A stretch of DNA of 64,000 bases from NCBI GenBank assembly GCA_017472565.1, contig JAFUPY010000004.1, positions 2,739-66,738 of the forward strand, given 5' to 3'. The DNA comes from Eubacterium sp. GTDB taxonomy: Bacteria; Bacillota; Clostridia; Lachnospirales; Lachnospiraceae. The notes under the pieces were generated by a model. The model had not been told where the DNA came from. It made no database searches and saw nothing but the letters and a program-made list of their open reading frames with translations. Shown piece by piece: positions 28,925-36,344 of this stretch. A program made the position numbers and the translations under genes. How positions within the stretch are numbered: position 1 is the first letter of the stretch; each line of letters begins with the position of its first letter.

Positions 28925-28963
28925 TATTTCTGATTTGCAACAGATAAAAACTAAACTGCAACA
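28925..28963. promoter_or_regulatory. Tandem putative enhancer sites upstream of the lar operon
   Basis: Two TGCAACA half-sites (28936, 28957) 21 bp apart, at the same offsets from the promoter as at 24152/24173. Confidence 0.62.
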
Positions 28964-29030
28964 AGTGGAGTGAAAAAGCTTTGATAAGGCTCAAAAGGCA
29001 GGTCAAAAAGTGAAAGGAAAGCTCAAAAAG

Positions 29031-29045
29031 TGGCATGAAAATTGC
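29031..29045 (+). promoter_or_regulatory. Sigma-54 promoter (lar operon)
   Basis: TGGCATG-AAAA-TTGC. Confidence 0.85.
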
Positions 29046-29104
29046 TTTTTATTAGGTTAGAAAAGGGAGAACAAAATCTATGCAAGTTGCAAGGAGGGTT
29101 TTAC

Positions 29105-29857
29105 ATGGATGTAGCATATTTGGAAGAATTGTTAGGAAAAGTATCCCGACAGGAAACAAGTACTGTTGAGGCATTAGAAATATTGAAACATCTGCCATAT
29201 GAAGATATTGGCTGTGCCAATATTGATCAGCATAGAAATATTCGAACAGGTCAGGCAGAAGTGATTTTTGGACAGGGAAAAACACCAGAACAGATTGCTA
29301 AGATTATTTCCTGCATGAAAAAGGGGAATGAACGCATTTTGGTAACAAGAGCATCAAATGAGGCTTATGAAGCAGTTTTGGAAGTGGCGCCAGAGGCCGT
29401 ATATGATAAATTGGCAAGATTGATTATGGTTGGAGAAAAACCAGTACCAGTAGATACAAAAGGACCAATTGCAGTCCTGACGGCTGGTACCGCAGATATC
29501 CCTGTTGCGGAAGAAGCGGCTTTGTGTGCTGAGTACTTCGGCAATCGTGTTGATCGTATCTATGACGTAGGTGTGGCGGGAATTCATCGTTTGTTTGATC
29601 GTATTGACCGTATTCGCCAGGCAGAGGTCATCATTGTTATTGCCGGCATGGAAGGTGCGTTAGCCAGTGTGGTAGGTGGGCTTGTAAATGTACCAGTCAT
29701 CGCTGTACCTACCAGCGTAGGATATGGAGCCAGCTTTGGTGGTGTGGCAGCTTTATTGGCTATGTTGAACTGCTGTGCAAATGGAGTCGGAGTTGTAAAT
29801 ATCGATAACGGATATGGAGCAGCTTGTCTGGCATCCAAGATTCACATTGGAAAATAA
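29105..29857 (+). CDS. larB: Nickel-pincer cofactor biosynthesis protein LarB
   Basis: DQHR...EVIFGQGKT, AGTADIPVAEEA, DVGVAGIHR, AGMEGAL, PTSVGYGA, MLNCCANG, VNIDNGYGA. Confidence 0.96.
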   Translation: MDVAYLEELLGKVSRQETSTVEALEILKHLPYEDIGCANIDQHRNIRTGQAEVIFGQGKTPEQIAKIISCMKKGNERILVTRASNEAYEAVLEVAPEAVYDKLARLIMVGEKPVPVDTKGPIAVLTAGTADIPVAEEAALCAEYFGNRVDRIYDVGVAGIHRLFDRIDRIRQAEVIIVIAGMEGALASVVGGLVNVPVIAVPTSVGYGASFGGVAALLAMLNCCANGVGVVNIDNGYGAACLASKIHIGK

Positions 29858-29899
29858 ATAGATTTATAGTAGGGAACGAAGCAGAAAGGAGTGGAAACT

Positions 29900-30262
29900 A
29901 TGTGTGAAAAATTCTATGACCATGAGCATTCCCATGTACACACTCATAATATATGTGAACATCAGCATACGCATGAGCATCATTCTCATGAACATGGACA
30001 TTCTCACCCAAATGCCAAAGCGGTATCCAATCGCCTGGCAAAAGCAATCGGCCACCTGGAAGCAGTAAAACGAATGGTAGATAGAGGAGAAGACTGTGCC
30101 CAGGTATTGACTCAGCTTGCAGCGGTAAAATCTGCAATTAACAATGCGGGAAAGGTGGTTTTAATGGATCATCTCAATCATTGTATCGTTGAGGCTGTGG
30201 AAGAGAATGATTTTCAAAAGATTGAACAGTTTGGTTCAGCAATTAAGCAGTTTGTTAAATAA
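29900..30262 (+). CDS. CsoR/RcnR-family metal sensor with His-rich N-terminus (InrS-like)
   Basis: NRLAKAIGHL...DCAQVLTQLAAV...DHLNHC; N-terminal His tract ending HGHSHP. Confidence 0.9.
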   Translation: MCEKFYDHEHSHVHTHNICEHQHTHEHHSHEHGHSHPNAKAVSNRLAKAIGHLEAVKRMVDRGEDCAQVLTQLAAVKSAINNAGKVVLMDHLNHCIVEAVEENDFQKIEQFGSAIKQFVK

Positions 30263-30280
30263 AGATACCTGGAGGTTACA

Positions 30281-31123
30281 ATGAAAGAAAAAATTTTATA
30301 TTTAGAATGCAAAACCGGTGCAGCCGGAGATATGTTAATGGCAGCACTTTATGATGTAATGAATGAGGAACAAAAAGCAGTTTTTCTGGAGACAATGAAT
30401 GGCTTAGTTGAATCCGTAACGGTTGCTGCGGAGAAAAAAGTGTCTCGTGGAATTGCAGGCGTACATATGAAGGTTACTGTGCAGGGTGAAGAGGAAGGAG
30501 AACACCTTGACGGTCATGACCATGAGCATCACCATCATCATGAACATGGCCACGAACATCACCATCGCCATGAGCATAATCATTGCCATGAGCATACTCA
30601 CTTCCATCATGTGCATGTGAGCTATAAAGACCTTTTAGCACATATTATGGAACTTCCTGTCAGCAACCAGGTAAAACAGAATGCATCAACAGTATATCAG
30701 CTTCTTGGAATGGCAGAAAGTAAAGTTCATGGAACGGATATTGAGCAAATCCATTTTCATGAAGTGGGAAGTCTGGATGCTCTAGTAGACATCGTAGGAT
30801 GTGCCCTGGCAATGGAAATGATTGCACCGGATAAGATTTATGCAGCACCAGTCTGTGTCGGCAATGGAACGGTCAGATGTGCCCATGGTGTGCTTCCAGT
30901 TCCAGCACCTGCTACCGCAGAACTGATCAAAGGAATGCCGACCTATAGCAGTAAGTTTGATGGAGAATTATTGACTCCTACTGGTGCAGCTGTGTTAAAG
31001 CACTATGTGCAAAATTACACAAAAGAAATTAGCATGGAAATCAAAGACATTGGCTATGGGATGGGAACCAAAGAATTTGAACAGCCAAGCTTTGTAAGAG
31101 CTTTTGTGGGCTGGACTTCCTAA
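30281..31123 (+). CDS. larC: LarC N-terminal part (LarC1) with His-rich Ni-binding tract
   Basis: GAAGDM, poly-His, AESKVHG...HFHEVG..D..VDI, CAHGVLPVPAPAT, ELLTPTGAA, GYGMG. Confidence 0.95.
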   Translation: MKEKILYLECKTGAAGDMLMAALYDVMNEEQKAVFLETMNGLVESVTVAAEKKVSRGIAGVHMKVTVQGEEEGEHLDGHDHEHHHHHEHGHEHHHRHEHNHCHEHTHFHHVHVSYKDLLAHIMELPVSNQVKQNASTVYQLLGMAESKVHGTDIEQIHFHEVGSLDALVDIVGCALAMEMIAPDKIYAAPVCVGNGTVRCAHGVLPVPAPATAELIKGMPTYSSKFDGELLTPTGAAVLKHYVQNYTKEISMEIKDIGYGMGTKEFEQPSFVRAFVGWTS

Positions 31124-31136
31124 AGGAGGGTGCCCG

Positions 31137-31958
31137 ATGACAGATGCTAAATTAGAATTTAAATTAAGAAAATTAAAATCCTACATAAAAGAACTGGGAA
31201 GCGTAGCGGTTGCATTTTCAGCTGGTGTGGATTCCACCTTTTTGCTGAAGGTGGCTCATGAAGTGTTAGGCGACAAGGTTGTTGCTGTGACCGCCAATAC
31301 AAGTTCCTTTACAGAACAGGAATTGCAGGAGGCCACCCTTTTTTGTCAAAAATATGGAATTGTCCATGTGATCTGTGAAATTGATAACCTGAGTTTGCCG
31401 GAGTTTGCAAACAATGCTGTGGATCGTTGTTACCATTGTAAGAAAATGATTTTCAATGAGGTAAAAACATACGCAATCACACATGGTTTTAATGCTGTTG
31501 TTGAGGGTGCAAATAAGGATGATGAAGCTGATTTTAGACCAGGTCATCGTGCAATAGAAGAACTAAAGATTGAGAGTCCACTGCGAATGGCTAGTTTAAC
31601 AAAAGAAGAAATACGGACACTGGCCCGAACTATGGGGCTTGAAGTGTGGAAGAAACCTTCCTGCGCCTGCTTGGCATCCAGATTTGTGTATGGAGAATCG
31701 ATTACAAGAAAAAAGTTAAAAATGGTTGAATGTGCAGAACAGTATCTATCGGAGATTGGATGCACACAATATCGAGTGAGAATGCATGGAATGATGGCTC
31801 GTATTGAAATCATGCCAGAAGATTTTTCACTGTTATTGCAGGAAGATACTCGAATACAGCTAATTGCAGATATGCACAAATTGGGCTTCCAATACGTATC
31901 CTTAGATTTGATGGGGTTTCGTACAGGAAGTATGAATGAAGCGTTACTCATAAAGTAA
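31137..31958 (+). CDS. larE: ATP-dependent sulfur transferase LarE
   Basis: PP-loop AFSAGVDST, RCYHCKK, DFRPG, KPSCACLASR, RVRMH, GFRTGSMN. Confidence 0.96.
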   Translation: MTDAKLEFKLRKLKSYIKELGSVAVAFSAGVDSTFLLKVAHEVLGDKVVAVTANTSSFTEQELQEATLFCQKYGIVHVICEIDNLSLPEFANNAVDRCYHCKKMIFNEVKTYAITHGFNAVVEGANKDDEADFRPGHRAIEELKIESPLRMASLTKEEIRTLARTMGLEVWKKPSCACLASRFVYGESITRKKLKMVECAEQYLSEIGCTQYRVRMHGMMARIEIMPEDFSLLLQEDTRIQLIADMHKLGFQYVSLDLMGFRTGSMNEALLIK

Positions 31959-31997
31959 AAGAAGCTCTTTAGGATTGGCTTGGAGAAAAGTGAAACT

Positions 31998-32444
31998 ATG
32001 AAGGATATCATTATAAAGCTAGAAAGCAATATAGACGACAGTACAGGAGAAATGCTGGGTTATGTGATGGACTTGCTCTTGAAGGCAGGGGCATGCGATG
32101 TTTACTATACACCGATCTATATGAAAAAGAATCGACCAGCCTGGCAGTTGAATGTGCTTTGCAAAGAGGAAAATATTGCAGCGTTAGAAGAGATCATTAT
32201 TTTGAATACCACTACTATTGGAATTCGCCGATGTGTCATGCAGCGTACTATATGTGACAGAGAGATACAGGATGTTACTACTCCATACGGAATGGCAAAA
32301 GTAAAGGTATGTTTGTTTCATGAGCATCTGCGCATATATCCAGAATATGAAAGTGTGATTGCTATTTGTCAAAAAGAAAACTTATCATATTCGGAAGTGT
32401 ATCAAATGATTGTTAATACATATAAAAAAATACTACAACCATAA
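31998..32444 (+). CDS. larC: LarC C-terminal part (LarC2)
   Basis: LESNIDD, GACDVYYTPIYMKKNRP, TTTIGIR, PEYES. Confidence 0.93.
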   Translation: MKDIIIKLESNIDDSTGEMLGYVMDLLLKAGACDVYYTPIYMKKNRPAWQLNVLCKEENIAALEEIIILNTTTIGIRRCVMQRTICDREIQDVTTPYGMAKVKVCLFHEHLRIYPEYESVIAICQKENLSYSEVYQMIVNTYKKILQP

Positions 32445-32460
32445 ATACTCTCCCCCAAAA

Positions 32461-32497
32461 AATAGAAATGATTCCAAACAATGGAATCATTTCTATT
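32461..32497. terminator. Bidirectional terminator between larC2 and rpoN
   Basis: AATAGAAATGATTCCA / TGGAATCATTTCTATT inverted repeat. Confidence 0.75.
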
Positions 32498-32525
32498 GTA
32501 AGCAACAATATTTGTTCTATTAATA

Positions 32526-33908
32526 CTACAACGCGGATAAGCTTTTTCGACCGCTCTTATCAGGGATTCCCAGTTCCAATCTGTATTTGGTAACTGTTCT
32601 TCGGGAAATGTGAATGCCCAGTATTTCTAATTGTTCGGAAATTTTATTATCGCTGTAAGGTTTGTTTTTATTTTCTTGTGAAACAATACTTTTTATAGCT
32701 TCTTTGGCTTTGTCTGGTGTTTGGGACTCGCCGGTGGCTGTAAATTGTTTGTTTAATGAAGCGGTTAAAAAGAAATTCAGTGGAAACAACCCCCATGTGC
32801 ACTGTAAATATTTACCCTTCATTGCCCTGCTGATGGTAGATTCATGCAGATCCAACCTGTCTGCCAGGTCTACCAGACGCAGTGGTTTTTTTGATAATGG
32901 CCCATAAAGAAAGAAATCGTGTTGTTCTTCCACAATTGCGTGAGCCACGCGTGACAGGGTAGAAATACGCTGTGTAATGCAGTTCTGTACCCATTCTGCT
33001 TGAGATACTTTCTTTTTCAGGTAATCATAGACTTCTTTGTCTGGAGCATCTTCCATTAAGCTTTTATAATACGCATTGATGTTAAAGGTAGGATACGAGG
33101 ATTCATTAACGAGAATTTCGAATTTTTCTTCCAGTTTTACGACAACAATATCAGGCACAATATAGCGCATCTGTTCCCGGTTGCTAAAGGAACTGCCTGG
33201 TTTTGGATTCATCTGTTTGATTTCATTGCATGCTTCGGTAACTTCATCTAAGGAAACTCCCAGCTTTCTGGCAATAATAGATAAGTGGTTCTTTCCGACG
33301 TCACTTAAATAATGCTTGATAATCTCTTCGGTGACAGGAGAGTAGGCTGGCTTTCTATAAAGCTGTAGCAACAGACATTCAGAAAGATTGCGTGCTCCAA
33401 CGCCAATTGGTTCCAGAGACTGAATTGTTTGCAATATACGCTCTGCGTGTTCATAGGAAATATGTAACTGGCTGGCAATATCAGACAGATCTTCTGTTAA
33501 ATATCCTTTGGAATCTAAAAGAAGGATCATATATTTTAACGCTTTTTGGTCGAAGTCAGAAAACTCTGTAGTAAGTAGCTGAGAAAATAAATATTCGCTG
33601 AGAATTTCTTCCGTTTCATAGGTCCGATGCCATTGTTCTTGAGAATAGTCCGCTTCGCGTTCCTGCTTGTAATAGACTCTATTCTGATAATCGCTGGATT
33701 CCAGCCACTGTAGTTTGCGCTGTATTTCGTCATTGATTGGTTCAGAGGTGGTACCTTTGTCAAAATCAATATCAATAACAGGATTATCTAAGGCAAGATT
33801 TTCAATATAAGATTCTAACTCTATAGAATTCATTTGCAAAATATCTGTGGATTGTAGCATTCGTTGTGACAGCGTTTGCTTTTGAACTAATTCCATTGAA
33901 AGATTCAT
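32526..33908 (-). CDS. rpoN: RNA polymerase sigma-54 factor
   Basis: Q/L-rich region I, EPIGVGARNLSECLLLQL, LHESTISRA HTH, RpoN box SRRTVTKYR. Confidence 0.96.
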   Translation of the reverse strand: MNLSMELVQKQTLSQRMLQSTDILQMNSIELESYIENLALDNPVIDIDFDKGTTSEPINDEIQRKLQWLESSDYQNRVYYKQEREADYSQEQWHRTYETEEILSEYLFSQLLTTEFSDFDQKALKYMILLLDSKGYLTEDLSDIASQLHISYEHAERILQTIQSLEPIGVGARNLSECLLLQLYRKPAYSPVTEEIIKHYLSDVGKNHLSIIARKLGVSLDEVTEACNEIKQMNPKPGSSFSNREQMRYIVPDIVVVKLEEKFEILVNESSYPTFNINAYYKSLMEDAPDKEVYDYLKKKVSQAEWVQNCITQRISTLSRVAHAIVEEQHDFFLYGPLSKKPLRLVDLADRLDLHESTISRAMKGKYLQCTWGLFPLNFFLTASLNKQFTATGESQTPDKAKEAIKSIVSQENKNKPYSDNKISEQLEILGIHISRRTVTKYRLELGIPDKSGRKSLSAL

Positions 33909-34012
33909 AAAAACACCCCGTTTTGCTTCTGTTAATCAAATGGCAGAAGCTCTTTTTTATTGTATCAAATAATGTGTGCAAAAACTATGTGTTAATCCTG
34001 AAAATAATACCC

Positions 34013-34049
34013 AAATCAGAGAAAGCCTGCATTTGACTTTCTCTGATTT
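34013..34049 (-). terminator. Hairpin after abfD
   Basis: AAATCAGAGAAAG...CTTTCTCTGATTT inverted repeat. Confidence 0.65.
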
Positions 34050-34084
34050 TCTAAGAGGTATATGGGAGTAAAAAGGGGTACTAT

Positions 34085-35536
34085 TTATTCATGGATCTTG
34101 GCAATTGTTTTTGCCAATTCTTTTTTCATTTCAAGATTGCCCTGTCTGGAAATCATGATTCTCTGTGCCTGTGGAGAACCTGCTCCGTGCATAGATTCTG
34201 TACGATATCCAACAGCAGCTGTTCCAAGTGTGAGATTTTCAATTAATCTCATGATCTTTAATCTGTTTTCAGTACTTATGTTTGCAACACCTTTGAAATA
34301 TTTATCAATCACTGGTCCGATTACTGGATCTTTAAAATCTTTCTCAGATGGAGCTGTTACCATAAGCCCGCCAGCAAGATCTTCTGCTAAACGTGCAATT
34401 TCGTATGGATAGCGTGTTACGTTTTGTTTACATACGTTAGCGAGTAGCAGGTTAATCAGATAGTTACCGGATGCTGTTTTGCTTCCTTCTGCAGAACATG
34501 CAATACCACAGCAGAATAAAGTTTCGTTCAAGTGTGTCATTTCAATTAATTTATCTTTTACATGAGATGCTTTCTGAGCACCATTGTAATCAGCAGCAAC
34601 GGCAGCAGCGCCAATCAATACATCACCAACACCAACTTTACATCCGCCGTAAGACTGACGATGATAGCCTGCAAATCTTTCGACAAGCATTCCGGAGAAA
34701 TCATATTCGCCGTCCATGAAGATTCTGTCATTTGGAACGAATACGTCATCAAATACAACCAGTGCTTCCATGCCACCAAATTCAGAATTTCCCACATCTA
34801 AGTCACCGCCCTCCAATTTTCTTGTGTCGCAGGACTGACGGCCGATAATCATGAAAATGCCCTCTGCGTCAACTGGAACAGCGAAGGAAACAGCATAGTC
34901 TTTATCTGCTTCGCCCATTGCGATGGTTGGCATAACAATAACTTCGTGAGAGTTAACGATACCGGTTTGGTGTGCTTTTGCGCCTCTTACCACAATACCA
35001 TCCTCTCTACGTTCTACAACGTGAAGGAACAGATCAGGATCTTCCTGTGCGTGAGGCGCTTTGGAACGATCTCCCTTTGGGTCTGTCATTGCACCATCGA
35101 TAGTAAGATCGTTATTCTGACAATAGGTTAAAAATGTTTTAAAGTTATCGTGGTAGTGTGTGCCATGAGCCTGATCGCATTCATATGTAGTGCTGTATAC
35201 TGCGTTGAAAGCGTCCATACCTACACAGCGTTGGAAGCATGCAGCGGTTTTCTGACCACAAAGACGCTGCATCTTTACTTTTTTCATAAGGTCATCTGTG
35301 CTCTGATGAATGTGAGTAAAACGGTTAATTTTTTCTCCTGTAATGTGAGAAGTTGTAACCATCAGATCTTCATGTTCAGGCATCTGTGCAAGATCATAAG
35401 TCATTTTAACGGAGTTCAATGATGGACGAAGAATTGGGTGATCTACTGGATTCTCAATTTTTTCTCCAAACATGTATACCTGCATATTCATTTTTCGAAT
35501 ACTTTCAACGTATTCTTCACCTGTCATAAGTGCCAT
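34085..35536 (-). CDS. abfD: 4-hydroxybutyryl-CoA dehydratase / vinylacetyl-CoA isomerase
   Basis: CFQRCVGMDA, GAMTDPKGDR, GAKAHQTG, YHRQSYGGCKVG ([4Fe-4S] ligands), ESMHGAGSPQAQ; closely resembles clostridial AbfD. Confidence 0.95.
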   Translation of the reverse strand: MALMTGEEYVESIRKMNMQVYMFGEKIENPVDHPILRPSLNSVKMTYDLAQMPEHEDLMVTTSHITGEKINRFTHIHQSTDDLMKKVKMQRLCGQKTAACFQRCVGMDAFNAVYSTTYECDQAHGTHYHDNFKTFLTYCQNNDLTIDGAMTDPKGDRSKAPHAQEDPDLFLHVVERREDGIVVRGAKAHQTGIVNSHEVIVMPTIAMGEADKDYAVSFAVPVDAEGIFMIIGRQSCDTRKLEGGDLDVGNSEFGGMEALVVFDDVFVPNDRIFMDGEYDFSGMLVERFAGYHRQSYGGCKVGVGDVLIGAAAVAADYNGAQKASHVKDKLIEMTHLNETLFCCGIACSAEGSKTASGNYLINLLLANVCKQNVTRYPYEIARLAEDLAGGLMVTAPSEKDFKDPVIGPVIDKYFKGVANISTENRLKIMRLIENLTLGTAAVGYRTESMHGAGSPQAQRIMISRQGNLEMKKELAKTIAKIHE

Positions 35537-35637
35537 AGTGTAATTCCCTTTCTTACTTGTTTAAGATTTATTGAATGTATATATTTACAGAAAATCTGAA
35601 ACAAAATATAGATTTCTGCGTTATACCATAATATAAA

Positions 35638-35652
35638 GCAAAAACCGTGCCA
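35638..35652 (-). promoter_or_regulatory. Sigma-54 promoter (abfD)
   Basis: Minus strand TGGCACG-GTTT-TTGC, perfect consensus. Confidence 0.9.
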
Positions 35653-35741
35653 AAAAAATATTTAAAAAAAGAGGCCAAAGCATGCTTTTTTATAGAAAAA
35701 ACGCTGTAGAATTTCATAAAAGAAACGTATTCATGAATAAA

Positions 35742-35759
35742 TGTTTCCATTTTGCAACA
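35742..35759. promoter_or_regulatory. Putative enhancer site between divergent sigma-54 promoters
   Basis: TGTTTCC-N4-TGCAACA. Confidence 0.55.
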
Positions 35760-35806
35760 AAAGGGATGCAAAACCGAAGAGATAAAGAGAATAGAGCGCA
35801 TATAAA

Positions 35807-35821
35807 TGGCATGATTTTTGC
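35807..35821 (+). promoter_or_regulatory. Sigma-54 promoter (NifU-like gene)
   Basis: TGGCATG-ATTT-TTGC. Confidence 0.85.
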
Positions 35822-35885
35822 GTGTTATTATAATTAACAATAGTCAGTTAGGCAGAAGTATTTTTAAACGTGGAGGAGAAAGCAT

Positions 35886-36185
35886 ATGGAAGAAATAGCA
35901 TTGGTAAAACAGATAGAAATAGTTTTGGAAGAGAAAGTCAGACCAATCTTGTTGGAGCATGATGGAAATGTACAATTAATTTCGGTAGAAGATGGAATTT
36001 GCCGGGTGAAGTTAGAAGGGAAGTGTGCAGGGTGTCCATCAGCCAACTTGACAAAGGAAGAGATTATCGGAAAAGAAATCATGGAGACAATTCCTGCCAT
36101 AAAAGATGTTATATTAGTGCAGGAAGTAAGTACAGAATTGTTGGATTTCGCAAAGAAAATACTGAGGTATAAGGTAACGCAATGA
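35886..36185 (+). CDS. NifU/Nfu-type Fe-S carrier protein
   Basis: VRPILLEHDGNVQL...LEGKCAGCPSA. Confidence 0.92.
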   Translation: MEEIALVKQIEIVLEEKVRPILLEHDGNVQLISVEDGICRVKLEGKCAGCPSANLTKEEIIGKEIMETIPAIKDVILVQEVSTELLDFAKKILRYKVTQ

Positions 36186-36322
36186 AAGTTGGAGTTAAGT
36201 ATTGTGGCGGATGCCAATCGGCGTGTGTTGATACAAAACATTTAATAGCAATAAAGACAATTTTTGCTTTGAAGAATAAAGAAGAATTTGACGAGATAAA
36301 AAATTGTTTAAGAAGATTTTAG
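36182..36322 (+). CDS. 46-aa Cys-rich ORF coupled to the nifU-like gene, possibly an internally deleted remnant
   Basis: ATGA overlap; MKVGVKYCGGCQSACVDTKHLIAIKTIFALKNKEEFDEIKNCLRRF. Confidence 0.55.
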   Translation: MKVGVKYCGGCQSACVDTKHLIAIKTIFALKNKEEFDEIKNCLRRF

Positions 36323-36342
36323 AAGGGGCGAATAGCCCCTTC
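36322..36342. terminator. Hairpin between convergent genes
   Basis: GAAGGGGC-gaata-GCCCCTTC. Confidence 0.65.
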
Positions 36343-36344
36343 AA

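Noticed and set aside
34085-35536. Annotation as 4-hydroxyphenylacetate 3-hydroxylase
   Set aside because: Same fold family, but the Cys/His [4Fe-4S] ligands and overall sequence match AbfD.
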